The position numbers and the translations under genes are program-made. A stretch of DNA of 64,000 nt, from assembly GCA_965215885.1 (NCBI GenBank), contig CBDCEW010000094.1, forward strand, positions 32,001-96,000, read 5' to 3'. Origin of the DNA: Candidatus Moanibacter sp. Its GTDB lineage: Bacteria; Verrucomicrobiota; Verrucomicrobiia; Opitutales; UBA2987. Shown one piece after another: positions 49,100-59,675 of the stretch. The stretch's first letter is position 1. Each line of letters begins with the position of its first letter. Below the pieces are notes generated by a model. It had not been told where the DNA came from. It did not search any database and saw nothing but the letters and a program-made list of their open reading frames with translations.

Positions 49100-49230
49100 A
49101 ACCTCGTCCCGAACCTTGTCCCGAACCTTGTCGAATCGTGGGGTAAACCCGCTCCTACAGTTGCGATGTTCAATCGACCACCCGTCAGGGATGTAGGAGC
49201 GGGTTTATCCCGCGATCGAACTTACTGCCA
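49100..49230. repeat. GTAGGAGCG-type REPIN; near-identical copies at about 50221-50330 and 51724-51830
   Basis: AACCCGCTCCTACA...TGTAGGAGCGGGTTTATCCCGCGATCGAACTTAC, preceded by AACCTTGTCGAATCG. Confidence 0.85.
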
Positions 49231-49284
49231 TGGGCCAGTCGAATGGATAAAGATCCACGACGGAGATATTGATCGGCGGTCTGG

Positions 49285-50109
49285 TCAGAGCGGCGCGCTG
49301 CGTGTTTCATCCGACCATTCCCGCCACATGTCTTCATAAGGACGTTGTCCCGCCAACTCCTCATTTTCCTGCTTTGTGTAATCGCAGAGAACGGCTTCAC
49401 GGAGCTGGATCTTTTCCGAGCGGTTCCACCCGGCAATGTGGGCCAGGAAACCATGCCAGAATAGAATGTCACCCGCTTCGCCACAGCCTTCCACCCGTGT
49501 TTGGTCATTAAATTGGATGAGACGTTCCTTATACGTCTCGACGCGTTCACGCTCTTCAAGATTTAGAAACAGGTCATATACAGTTCGATGAGTACCCGGC
49601 CATACGGTAAAGGCCCCACCACACGGGGGAATGGGCGCAACTAACCCAACCAGTCCCAGACGAGGCGCCATGACGTCTTTCACAGCATTATCGGGTGAGA
49701 GATCGCAGTGGCAGACGGTCGGCTTCTCCGGTACATCGCCCTCGGGCAATCGGCAGTAGATTCCGCGGATTTTCTCCGGGCGTTTCACTTCCCCTTTACC
49801 AAGAAGCTGCTCTACCCAACCCCAAATTGCTGGATCCGTGGCCAACATGCGAATGATCCACTCTTCGGTAGCGGGTTCACGGTATTTCCACATATAACGA
49901 AGGCGTCGATTTTCCGGACCCTCGTCCTCCTCGTCGGGCCGAAAGGGGCCGAACCAGGTGCTTGGATCGTCCCTCTTCATGCGGGGCGGCGCCCCTTTCC
50001 ATATTCGCTCGCGGGCGCGAGCCATTAGATCAGGGTCCATGACACCACGCTTAAAGAGGTATCCCTCGCGCTTAAAAAAACTGATTTCTTCCTGCGTTAG
50101 TTTGGTCAT
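49285..50109 (-). CDS. PhyH family oxygenase, tandem paralog 2
   Basis: Highly similar to its neighbours; CHCD...LAH triad. Confidence 0.88.
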   Translation of the reverse strand: MTKLTQEEISFFKREGYLFKRGVMDPDLMARARERIWKGAPPRMKRDDPSTWFGPFRPDEEDEGPENRRLRYMWKYREPATEEWIIRMLATDPAIWGWVEQLLGKGEVKRPEKIRGIYCRLPEGDVPEKPTVCHCDLSPDNAVKDVMAPRLGLVGLVAPIPPCGGAFTVWPGTHRTVYDLFLNLEERERVETYKERLIQFNDQTRVEGCGEAGDILFWHGFLAHIAGWNRSEKIQLREAVLCDYTKQENEELAGQRPYEDMWREWSDETRSAPL

Positions 50110-50548
50110 AGGTCAACTTCAACTATGTTCGATTTCAGTTTGAATTGTCGTTACCCACGTTGTCGACAAGGATCGCGAGTGAGGTTCGCGATCCGTCGTC
50201 GCTGCTCCCTCGGAGCAGGACCCGAACCTTGTCGAATCGCGGGGTAAACCCGCTCCTACAGTTGCTATGTTCAATCGTACACCCGCCAGGGATGTAGGAG
50301 CGGGTTTATCCCGCGATCGAACTTACTTATCGTGCTCGTAGGCGGGCTCTCGTGTCGATCTTCCTTTTTCGAAATTAGATCACGATTATGATTCACGACG
50401 GGAAGAAGGAACAAACCCTCCTCTCCCATCGTGACTCTCAATCCATTCGACAGGCTTATGGCAGGCCGTGATCTCCAATCGATCTTCCCTTCTTCCGAAT
50501 CTGGATCACGATAAAGATCCACGACGGAGATATTGATCGGCGGTCTGG

Positions 50549-51379
50549 TCAGAGCGGTGCTCTGCGTGTTTCCTCGGACCATTCGCGCCACATGTTATCA
50601 TGAGGACGTTGTCCCGCCAATTCCTGATTTCCTTGCTTCGAGTAGTCGGATAGAATCGCTTCACGAAGCTGGATCTCTTCCGATCGATTCCGCCCCGCAG
50701 TATGGGCCAATAAACCATGCCAGAAAAGGATGTCACCGGCTTCGCCATGGCCTTCCACGGGGGTTCTGTTTTTAAATTCGATGATATGTTTATTATACGC
50801 TTCAACGCGTTCACCCTCCTCAAAATTTAAAAAGAGGTCATATATGATCCGATGAGTTCTCGGCCACACCGTAAAAGCCCCACCACGCGGCGGAATGGGC
50901 GCGATTAACCCAACTAAACCCACACGAGGCGCCAGGATTTCGTCCATAGCCGGGCGGGAATTCCAGGCAATGTCACAGTGGCATCCTATCGGCGGTTCCG
51001 GTTCGTTGCCCATGGGCAAATGGCAGTAGATGCCGCGGATTCTCTCCGGGCGGTTCACTTCCCCCTCGCCCAGAAGCTGCTCCGCCCAACCCCAAATCGT
51101 CGGGTTCGCAGCCGACATGCGAACGATCCACTCTTCCGATCTTGGTTCGCAGTACTTCCACAAATAACCAATGCGCCGGTTTCCAGGACCCTCATCCTCC
51201 TCATCGGGCCGAAAAGGCCCCATCCAGGTGCTGGGATCGTCCCTTTTCATGCGGGGCGGAGCCCCTTCCCATAATCGCTCGCGGGCGCGAGCCATCGGTT
51301 TCGGATCCATCACGCCGCGCTTGAATAGGTATCCTTCGTGCTTAAAAAAACTGATTTCCTCCTGCGTTAATTTTTTCAT
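50549..51379 (-). CDS. PhyH family oxygenase, tandem paralog 1
   Basis: Highly similar to its neighbours; CHCD...LAH triad. Confidence 0.88.
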   Translation of the reverse strand: MKKLTQEEISFFKHEGYLFKRGVMDPKPMARARERLWEGAPPRMKRDDPSTWMGPFRPDEEDEGPGNRRIGYLWKYCEPRSEEWIVRMSAANPTIWGWAEQLLGEGEVNRPERIRGIYCHLPMGNEPEPPIGCHCDIAWNSRPAMDEILAPRVGLVGLIAPIPPRGGAFTVWPRTHRIIYDLFLNFEEGERVEAYNKHIIEFKNRTPVEGHGEAGDILFWHGLLAHTAGRNRSEEIQLREAILSDYSKQGNQELAGQRPHDNMWREWSEETRRAPL

Positions 51380-51529
51380 ACGGTATCTCGGATTATTTTC
51401 CCGGTCCCGGCAAGCCGGGATTCGACATCAGATCACGATTGAGAGCACGAGAAAAGAGAATTCGAAAAATCCCTCTCTCAACCTGCCGATCGAATTTCGA
51501 TTAGGAATTTGCTCAGTACACGATCGAAT

Positions 51530-52200
51530 GTCGTAGTCATAATCGTAGTCGATGGTCGTAATTCATCGAGCTCCGAAGTTTACGACAAGGTTCGGGAGGA
51601 GGTTCGCGACGAGGTTTGAGCAGAAGTGATTCGAGCTCCTCCACTGAGTTTCCTCTTCCGTTCAGGCCGGAACACCCGAAAGGGAAACTTTGCATGCCTC
51701 GGCAAAGCGCAACGACGACGGGTCCCAAACCTTGTCGAATCGCGGGATAAACCCGCTCCTACAGTTGCTATGTTCAATCGTACACCCGCCAGGGATGTAG
51801 GAGCGGGTTTATCCCGCGATCGAACTTACTTATCGTGCTCGTAGGCGGGCTCTCGTGTCGATCTTCCTTTCTTTCGAATTTCGATTACGATTACGGATTG
51901 ATTGGATATCCACTCGAAAGTCGTTGTCGTAATCGTAGTCGATAGTCGATTTCTGTTTCTCGAATTTAGATCACGATTATGATCACGACGGGAAGAACGA
52001 ACAAAATCCCTCTCCCATCGTGACTCTCAATCGTAATCTCCTGTCGATCTTCCCTTCTTTCGATTCTAGATTACGATTATGATTCACGACAAAAGATCTG
52101 ACCAGTTTCCACTCTCCCCATCGTGACTCTCAATCGTGATCTCCAGTCGATCTTCTCCTCTTTTCGAAATTAGATCATGACTATGATCACCATTGGAAGA
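51530..52200. repeat. Intergenic repeat composite (MITE, REPIN and GATTAC-type iterations)
   Basis: Contains copies of the 34460-35075 and 50221-50440 segments and repeated CTCTCCCATCGTGACTCTCAATC. Confidence 0.75.
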
Positions 52201-52237
52201 TCGAAGAAACTGCATTCTGCTTGTTTCAATCGTTGAA

Positions 52238-53632
52238 CTACCCACCCAGTTTCGGTGCACCTTCATTCCAGGGAATATAGGATCTGGGGCTCAGCTCAAT
52301 AAGCTTATCGAGCAGCCGTCGTTGTAGATCTGTTTTCAGTTTATTGTGCTTCTCGTTATCCCACAGGTTCAATTTTTCCCAGGGGTCCTTTTCCAGGTCA
52401 TAGAGCTCGCCATGGGGTTGATTCCAGTAGTGAGCGTATTTCCAACGGCGGGTGCGGAGGCAACGGATGCCGGCGGCCTCCATATAGACTTCTTCCCTAT
52501 CGTCGAGATCGTCGGGGCTTTGCCAGTAGCTGGAGAGGTTGCGACCGGTCATGTCGGTAGGTATTTCAGCACCGGCGGCGGAAAGGCAGGTAGCCGCGAT
52601 ATCGATCGAACTGATGAGAGAAGATTCCTGCTTACCGGTGCATTTGCCTTTGGGCGGTTTGACGATGAAGGGGATGCGCATGAGCACTTCCATGATGTTC
52701 TGGCCTTTGCCTATGAGTTGGAAGTCGCCTAAGAAATCGCCGTGATCGCTGGTGAAAATAATGAGGGTGTTGTCGTAGGCCTTCTTATCCCTAAGAACCT
52801 CAAAAATTGCGCCGATTTTTTCATCGATGAGGGTCACATTTGCATAATAGGCCCGGCGCTGCTTTCGGATGTCCTCCCAAGGCTCCGGTTCGTAAGGGGG
52901 CGGGGGCTCTCCGTGGTGCAGGGAATTATGGGGCGGCTTTTGTTTGAGCATCTCAAAGTCCGTTTCGGGCAAATCGATGTCCCTTGGATGGTAGCGTTCC
53001 GCCTGTGGAAAGTTACCGCAGTCGATGGGGCCGTGGGGGCCCGGGAAGGAGATCCAGCAGAACCAGGGTTTGTTGGCGGGCATGCTGTTTTCGAGCCATT
53101 CGCGGCCCCGGTTGCCAACGTAGTGGTCCACGTGGTATTCGGGATCAGCTTTCCATTCGGCGACGTGGTCGGGTCCGGCATGAAGCTTGATCAAGTCGTC
53201 TGAGTGGGTGAATCCACAGTCGTGTAGCCATCGGCAATAGGAATCCTTATGCGGGTTTTGTGGCTCGGGAGTGTGGGTATCGACAATATCTTCGTAATCG
53301 TATCCGTGTGCTATCTGGGAGCCCCCGAAATGTTGTTTTCCGATGGCGGCGGTGTGGTAGCCTACCTCTTGAAGGCGGCTCATAAAGGTTCTCTCGTATT
53401 CCGGCAGATAGGTAATAAAGGTGGGGGCGTGACACTGGTGCGGGTATTTGCCCGTGAATATGGCGGCTCTGGCTTGCACGCACGAGGGGCTCGGGGTGTA
53501 GGCGCGGGTAAAGGAGATGCCCTCGTCGGCCAGGCGGTCGAGATGGGGGGTTTGTAGGACTGGATTGACGCAACCAATGTGATCAAAACGCTGCTCGTCG
53601 GTCATGAGGAATAGGATGTTGGGCGCGGGCAT
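52238..53632 (-). CDS. Formylglycine-type sulfatase (S1 family), no signal peptide
   Basis: PNILFLMTDEQR, PSCVQARAAIFTG, IGKQH, PGPHGP, FTSDHGD, ELYDLEKDPWE. Confidence 0.92.
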   Translation of the reverse strand: MPAPNILFLMTDEQRFDHIGCVNPVLQTPHLDRLADEGISFTRAYTPSPSCVQARAAIFTGKYPHQCHAPTFITYLPEYERTFMSRLQEVGYHTAAIGKQHFGGSQIAHGYDYEDIVDTHTPEPQNPHKDSYCRWLHDCGFTHSDDLIKLHAGPDHVAEWKADPEYHVDHYVGNRGREWLENSMPANKPWFCWISFPGPHGPIDCGNFPQAERYHPRDIDLPETDFEMLKQKPPHNSLHHGEPPPPYEPEPWEDIRKQRRAYYANVTLIDEKIGAIFEVLRDKKAYDNTLIIFTSDHGDFLGDFQLIGKGQNIMEVLMRIPFIVKPPKGKCTGKQESSLISSIDIAATCLSAAGAEIPTDMTGRNLSSYWQSPDDLDDREEVYMEAAGIRCLRTRRWKYAHYWNQPHGELYDLEKDPWEKLNLWDNEKHNKLKTDLQRRLLDKLIELSPRSYIPWNEGAPKLGG

Positions 53633-53748
53633 GGGATGGTATCCGCCACTTTGTGACGAAAGCGGCTACAAATATCAACGACTTACTCTGCCCTACGGCA
53701 GAGTAGCCGCGTTCGTGAGAACGTGGAGGTTTTTCAGCGGAATCGGAT

Positions 53749-54054
53749 TTATTCGTCGAAATCAACTTCGCGCATCGGGATGCGCAGGGCGTCGATAGCC
53801 CGGGTTTCAGCCGAGACAGGTTTTTTCGCGGGAGAGCCGAGCATGGTCTCGACGCGCTCGACGCGGCGCACCAGCTCGGCGAGGCTCCCGGGAGTCAGGG
53901 CGCCTTCTTGGTCGTCGCCCGGCATTCGGACGCTTTAGGTCTGGAACTTGACGAAGGCAGCGCCTCCGGCCGCCGATTCGCGCACCATTCCGCGGCAGAT
54001 GTCCCAATTGCCGTAGTGGTTTTCGCCGATTTCAGCGATCAGGATCGTCTTCAC
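53749..54054 (-). pseudogene. Internally deleted NeuB/SpsE (N-acetylneuraminate synthase family) remnant
   Basis: ILIAEIGENHYGNWDIC...AAFVKFQT, then an in-frame TAA, then RMPGDDQEGALTP.SLAELVRRVERVETMLGS..KKP. Confidence 0.8.
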
Positions 54055-54182
54055 GATGATTTACTCCGATTTTGTGAAACTCCAAAGAATAATAGCAGTT
54101 TCAGAGAACATTGAGGAATGAAATATGCGGGTTAGCCTGTAAGCTTGACAAGCCCATTCTGTAAGTCCATTGTAATTCCTTG

Positions 54183-54431
54183 ATGAGAACTCGACTCGTG
54201 CGCATTGGGAACTCGCGCGGTGTTCGCCTTCCAAAGCCGCTGATTCAACAGGCTGGCCTGGCCAACGAAGTCGAGCTGGAACTGCGCGGAAAGACGATCG
54301 TCATCGCGGCGCATCCGGCGCCCCGAGCTGGATGGGCGGAGGCTGCTGAAGCGCTGCATGCGGAGGGTGGGGACCAACTTCTGGACCCCCCGACAGCGAC
54401 GCACTTCGACGAGACTGAGTGGGAATGGTAG
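54183..54431 (+). CDS. mazE: AbrB/MazE family antitoxin
   Basis: LVRIGNSRGVRLPKPLI; overlaps the toxin start. Confidence 0.9.
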   Translation: MRTRLVRIGNSRGVRLPKPLIQQAGLANEVELELRGKTIVIAAHPAPRAGWAEAAEALHAEGGDQLLDPPTATHFDETEWEW

Positions 54432-54760
54432 CGAGGAGGCCACCCGAACGGAGCGACGTGTTTCTCGTCGCTCTAGACCCAACCCGTGGGAGAGAGATTC
54501 GCAAGACCCGTCCGTGTGTAGTAGTGTCGCCGGATGAGCTCAACACTAATCTTCGCACAGTGATTGTAGCTCCTCTCACGACCCGAGGGCGGAAGTATCC
54601 CTTTCGTGTGTCGTGTCGCTTCGCCCGGAGACGCGGGAAAGTCGTCGTCGACCAGCTACGGACCGTGGACTCCGAACGTCTTGTTCGTCATCTTGGACGC
54701 CTTTCCCGGCCGACGTTTGAACAGGTCCTCGGTACCCTTCAGGAGATGTTCGCGCCGTGA
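54425..54760 (+). CDS. mazF: MazF/PemK family endoribonuclease toxin
   Basis: LDPTRGREIRKTRPCVVVSPDELN, VAPLTT, DQLRTVD..RL. Confidence 0.93.
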   Translation: MVARRPPERSDVFLVALDPTRGREIRKTRPCVVVSPDELNTNLRTVIVAPLTTRGRKYPFRVSCRFARRRGKVVVDQLRTVDSERLVRHLGRLSRPTFEQVLGTLQEMFAP

Positions 54761-54941
54761 TAAGCGGACCACGCCGCATCACACCACACTTCGTAACGAG
54801 CCTGACCCCATCGCCATCCCGCCTTCTTGATTGCTGGCCACCCTGGCCCCCGTCTTCGCGCGAGACTTCGCCGAGGCAAGGCAAGACTGGGGCAGCCTCA
54901 GAAGCACTAAACAGGTAACTGCCGCTCCCGGCAAGTCGGGA

Positions 54942-55042
54942 TTAGGAAGATGTCGGTGGTCGAATTCGCCGCAATTCACAATCACATCCTGACGGCGGAA
55001 TATGTCCGTGAATTCCGACAGCTAAGTCCGGCAAATTCCTAG
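54942..55042. mobile_element. Degenerate ~100-bp MITE, TAGGAATCTGTCGG family
   Basis: TTAGGAAGATGTCGG...GCTAAGTCCGGCAAATTCCTAG; the right CTAG contains the stop of 55039-58908. Confidence 0.65.
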
Positions 55043-58000
55043 GGTGCCGCCTCGGCTTCAACCGAGAGGAGCTGCCAGGGTTCAGGAACTCGCCGCTCCC
55101 ACACCCTGCTCTCCTCACGCCACACCCAGCCGTGGCCGCCCGGATGGGACAGCGTCCGGTCGTAAAGGAGCGCCGGGTCCACCTCGAACTCCAGTTCGAT
55201 TTCCCCATCCGGGGTTTCCACTTCGAACCCGATCCTCTGCACCGGATCGGGCCAGTCCCGGCACCAGTTTCCGAGCAGGTGCAGGCCCGAAACGACCCGC
55301 CGTCCGTTGGCGGAGATATTTACCATTACCGGTCCCCCTGAAAGGGTAACTCTCAAATACCAGCGGCCGGGCGCAGTTCGAAGGCGCAGGCCGCTGCTGC
55401 CCGGAAATATGGCCCCTGCCGCCTCCGGCTGCTCCTCCGGGCGCCGCTTCCACCCTTCGACCTCCAGGGGAAGATTTTCCGCCACACTGGTTTGCATCGG
55501 GCGGCCTCCGGGGAAGGAGACCCGCGCCGCCCGTGAGGCAGGTCCTTCGGTATCTGGTGTCTCGGCCGTCACCGCCAGCAAAAACACCCGGTGTCCGGCG
55601 CCGGTGTCCTGCAGCTGAATCTCAGCCACTTCCCGACCCTGGGCGTCGATTACAAACTGATTGAGATGCCTGCTCTTCTGCAAGCGATGGGCGAACCAGT
55701 AGTAATCTCCGGCATACGGACCGGTGGGGACGGAGATAAGTGGGTGGGTTCCGAAGGGTGTTTCAATGTGCCTCGGAGGCTCCTGAGGATTCTCCTTCCC
55801 GGGCTCTGCATTGCCCGGAACGACATGGCGCTGAAGGAACGGCTTGTCGCTAGCCGCCAGGCGGCCTGCATCCACCGGAACCAGAGAAAATGCTTTGGGA
55901 TGCCAGGCGTAGGCCAGCGGCGTCTCCTTGGCATAGTGGAGGTAGCGCCAGTCCTCGTAGTGCACCAGGTTCCGCAGAGGAATCTCCTCCTGCTCTCCGT
56001 TGGCATAGACGATCCGGTAGATGGCCCCCACTGTGCCCATCTGCATATCGCCCGATCCCGCCACATTTCCCAGGATGTGCAGCCGTCCCAGGCGCATCCC
56101 CACCGGGATGGTGTAGGTCTCACCATCTTGCAGGACCAGCATACCGGGATCGTCTGCGCTCGTGCACACACCGAGCCGGAAAGGTATCCCGCCCAAGATC
56201 GCCTCCGTGCCCCAGGGCAGGCCGATTAAGTTGTCCTGCACCGAACCCATTACCGTGTGCTCCACAGCCTCCAGCAACTGGGGCGCAGCGATCGCCGCCG
56301 CGTCGTAGCCGAACGGATCAGAGGTGAGGGGAGGGCTGTTCCAGACAGAATTCATGTTAAGCGTTGTAAATGCGCTGCGCCCTCTCCAAATCAGCGGAAA
56401 TCCGGTGCGGGCGTCCCCGCCGGGATAGTCTCGGTTCGGAGCATCCCAACTGAGATGCTTCCTCACATTGGGAGGCGGCGGCGCTGATGGCAGGTCGCGG
56501 ACGAAGGGGCTTTGGCTGCCGCAGATCCCGCCGTCCACCGGCAGATCGTCCTCCCTGATGCCGGCGGTGTGGAGCGCGGTCAAGAAGTGCGGGACCATGG
56601 TGAGGAACCGCCCCAGCCAGTGCATCGACGAATAGGAATCGGGCCGGAGGTCTCCTTCAAACGGGCGGTAATAGGTTGTATTACCGGAGGGAAAACGGAC
56701 ATTGGGTGTAAAAATCTGATAGACGTTGGAAAAGGAAATTGATGCACCCAGGTCCTTGATGCCCGGATAGAGGTAGCGGCGGTCCCGGGTCTGCAGGTAA
56801 GCGTAGGCTAGACCCTCGTAGGAGGCCCCGCGGCTCACCCCGGGGTCGTCGTCCCGGCCCCGCGGACCGATCTCGTAGTCCATGATCCGGAGTAGACCCT
56901 CGCTGATCTTTTCCGGGCCCAGCATCCGGTCGTAGAGCAGGAGGGCGGAAAGCAGGTAGAAATTGGTATGGAAACCGGTATCGTGAGGAATGCCGACGCC
57001 GCCATCCGCCGCGATGTTTTTGAGGGATGATTCGAGGATCTTCTCGGCATGTTCCCTGTAGCGCTCATCTCCCGACAGTTCATAGTACCAGAGGCAATTC
57101 TTCATGGCGTCGGTTGAATCGCGCTCGTAGCCCTCGGAGAAATAGCTCATCGAAAGGTCGGCCACCTGCTGGATAGCCTCTCGAACTCGCTCTTCTCCGG
57201 TCAGGAAATAGAGCAGGCAGGGGGCGCCCAGAAAGGTGTGGGACATATCCCCGGGTTGGCCGAAGTGCACCGCGAAGTGCCGCCGCATATAGCCGGCCCT
57301 TTCGCCCAAATGCACCGCGTCCACATCCACCAGGTGTTTGACCATACCCGTCCCCATTCGAAGCCAGCGGGTGTCCCCCGTGCGGACGTACTGTAAGAGC
57401 ACGCCCAACTGCGGTTCCGTCTCCCCATTGAGCCAGCCGAACCGTTCCACGAGGTTGGTCCAGTGGCCCTCCAACGGCAGGTAGTGAGTCTGAATTCCTC
57501 CCCAGTTGACCATCCCGTACCAGTTGGACCACTCGCGCTGGTGCCGCCAGAGCCACTCGGTCAGTCCCTGCAAAAATTGCTCCGACCGCGGGAAAGCCTG
57601 AGGTCGCGCCGGAGCAAGCGTACCCATCGCCCCGGTCTGGGCATACCGCTCCGGCGATACACCGGGTAGGAGAGGGGACTGAAATGCCCTCGCCTTCTCC
57701 TCATGCACGGTCGCCCTGTCGGTGTGATGGAGGCTTACCCGCACCCGGTGAGTCTTGGCTACTCCGTCATCGCCCCAACGGCGCCACGGCGCCCCGGTGG
57801 GCGAGATATCTTCTTCACGGATACCTACTCTCCAGTCGATATCCAGCTCCCCCGGCTCTACCTCATCTCGGGTAAACAGCTTAATTGCCGTCGCCGGGCC
57901 GAGCACGATCTCTTTGGGATACTGCTGCCACAGCTCCTCCACCGCCACGGTCAACTGGCAATCCCCCTGCCGCCAGGCCGCCCATCCGTCCAGTCGGTCG

Positions 58001-58908
58001 CCGATCGTCTCGCCCACGGGTCCCGAGGAATCGTATCCCGATGACCGCAACACCCGGGGGGCGAACTGATTGAAGGCGGGCGGCCGCGGCCGATCCGCAT
58101 TGGTCTGAAAGAGCCGGTATCCGGTCTCAGGGAGATCGACCGCCTCCGATCGCACCGTGCCATCGATCCCGAACCGGACCTCTCCCGCGCTGGGCGCATC
58201 TCCCTGCTCCACCACCCTGATAATCAGGCCGGCGTCGCAAAACAGCCGCTTCCTGATATCGACCCCGTTGATGTAGGTGTGATCCAGCACGATGGAGTCA
58301 GCGCCGGACAGGCAGTGCACCCGGCAGATCACCCGCCCCAGCATCTCCCCTGAAGGCAGGAACAGGTCTCCCTGCAAGCGGACCACGACACGTCGAGACG
58401 AGCAGTATTCCAACCGGCAGTCCACCCCCGGCGGCGAGATCGCCCACGCGATACCTCTGCCGCCTTCCGCCTCGGTCAGGTTGGCGCCCAGGGAATCCAA
58501 TTCCCAGTCTCCCGCTGATGAGTGCACTTCAATAGGTCCATCCCTGAGGAAGGTCACGACCATCGCCCCGGTGGAGACTACCAGCTTCTCCGGAAGCGCG
58601 TCCTGCACGCTCAGGGCGGGCTTATCCTCCGCGGCCGCCGACTCCGATTCACCGATCCGCCTCAGCCGGAAGACCACCTCCGCGCCGGCGGCAGCAGTTG
58701 CTGCAAAATCGACCAGGAGCCACTTGATGCTCCCGTCGTCCCAGTATGCCGCCGCTCGGACGGCGGAAACGACGGGATGTCCCGATTCGTCCAGAAGCTC
58801 CCATACGTCCATCTCCCCGGCTTCGCCCCGGGCAAATGGCACGCCGCATCGCACCGCCTCATCGCAGCGCTCGATCCCCGTTTCTTCCTTTATGGCGATC
58901 GCTATCAT
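55039..58908 (-). CDS. PcRGLX/YetA-like (exo-rhamnogalacturonan lyase family) protein with C-terminal beta-sandwich extensions, 1289 aa
   Basis: CGVPFARG, YWDDGSIKW, EELWQQYPK, AKTH, WYGMVNWG, WLNGE, QYVRTGD, HLVDVD, MRRH; no signal peptide. Confidence 0.8.
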   Translation of the reverse strand: MIAIAIKEETGIERCDEAVRCGVPFARGEAGEMDVWELLDESGHPVVSAVRAAAYWDDGSIKWLLVDFAATAAAGAEVVFRLRRIGESESAAAEDKPALSVQDALPEKLVVSTGAMVVTFLRDGPIEVHSSAGDWELDSLGANLTEAEGGRGIAWAISPPGVDCRLEYCSSRRVVVRLQGDLFLPSGEMLGRVICRVHCLSGADSIVLDHTYINGVDIRKRLFCDAGLIIRVVEQGDAPSAGEVRFGIDGTVRSEAVDLPETGYRLFQTNADRPRPPAFNQFAPRVLRSSGYDSSGPVGETIGDRLDGWAAWRQGDCQLTVAVEELWQQYPKEIVLGPATAIKLFTRDEVEPGELDIDWRVGIREEDISPTGAPWRRWGDDGVAKTHRVRVSLHHTDRATVHEEKARAFQSPLLPGVSPERYAQTGAMGTLAPARPQAFPRSEQFLQGLTEWLWRHQREWSNWYGMVNWGGIQTHYLPLEGHWTNLVERFGWLNGETEPQLGVLLQYVRTGDTRWLRMGTGMVKHLVDVDAVHLGERAGYMRRHFAVHFGQPGDMSHTFLGAPCLLYFLTGEERVREAIQQVADLSMSYFSEGYERDSTDAMKNCLWYYELSGDERYREHAEKILESSLKNIAADGGVGIPHDTGFHTNFYLLSALLLYDRMLGPEKISEGLLRIMDYEIGPRGRDDDPGVSRGASYEGLAYAYLQTRDRRYLYPGIKDLGASISFSNVYQIFTPNVRFPSGNTTYYRPFEGDLRPDSYSSMHWLGRFLTMVPHFLTALHTAGIREDDLPVDGGICGSQSPFVRDLPSAPPPPNVRKHLSWDAPNRDYPGGDARTGFPLIWRGRSAFTTLNMNSVWNSPPLTSDPFGYDAAAIAAPQLLEAVEHTVMGSVQDNLIGLPWGTEAILGGIPFRLGVCTSADDPGMLVLQDGETYTIPVGMRLGRLHILGNVAGSGDMQMGTVGAIYRIVYANGEQEEIPLRNLVHYEDWRYLHYAKETPLAYAWHPKAFSLVPVDAGRLAASDKPFLQRHVVPGNAEPGKENPQEPPRHIETPFGTHPLISVPTGPYAGDYYWFAHRLQKSRHLNQFVIDAQGREVAEIQLQDTGAGHRVFLLAVTAETPDTEGPASRAARVSFPGGRPMQTSVAENLPLEVEGWKRRPEEQPEAAGAIFPGSSGLRLRTAPGRWYLRVTLSGGPVMVNISANGRRVVSGLHLLGNWCRDWPDPVQRIGFEVETPDGEIELEFEVDPALLYDRTLSHPGGHGWVWREESRVWERRVPEPWQLLSVEAEAAP

Positions 58909-59347
58909 GTCTCTGCCACTGCGGGGACTATCGCGTTAAAGAGGCTGGGACTGTAGGACCATGGGACCATAGGACAGAAGAACTGATAGTTAACTTGATA
59001 GTTTGGGCGAACGATATCGTTCGCCATAAGCAGTGTTCCAAAGAAAAAAAGCCTTCTCGAGTTTGTAATATAGAGTGCCGATTAAAACCGGCAGTAAGTA
59101 GTGAAAGAGAGAGTCATACGCAAAAGATCAAGTCAATCGTACGGGCCCCGAGTCATGGCGGCATGCCCGAAAGAGTATTGTGAAAGCGTTGGCAGGGGAA
59201 TCCTCAAGAGCAAACCAACCGCCGGGCATAGGGCCGGGAGAGGTCGAATTAAGAGCTCCCGAGGGTACGGCGAGCAGTTAGTGGTGGAACGGCCCCTCCG
59301 GGGACGTTGCCTTCAACCAGGATACTTCGTTAAGAACGCGAGAATTA

Positions 59348-59389
59348 CTGCAAAAATTTGTGATCCGATCGGATCGAAAATTTTTGCGG
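59348..59389. promoter_or_regulatory. Imperfect palindrome with GATCCGATCGGATC core (operator candidate 1)
   Basis: CTGCAAAAATTTGTGATCCGATCGGATCGAAAATTTTTGCGG. Confidence 0.5.
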
Positions 59390-59675
59390 TGATTCGGTTC
59401 TCATGGAAGATGGAAAGAACCTATAAGCATTCTGTCTGAACGAAAGTAGGTAGATGCTGAATGGAGCGGATTCGGACACGCCGCCATATTGCAGCGAATA
59501 GATATAATCCATTGATATATAGGAGTATGCAACTCCACTACGATCCTAACTCTTCTCCTTCAGACTTTCTCGGGATATCCTCGGATTTCGCGTTTTGCTA
59601 CTACAAACGAGGAGGTGGACCGGTCTCTGATGTCTATGTCCGTGGACCAACTTTCCGCAAATTAGTGGTCTCCAG

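Noticed and set aside
48100..51379. Diversity-generating retroelement or integron cassette array
   Set aside because: No reverse transcriptase or integrase in the window, differences are not adenine-specific, and no clear attC sites
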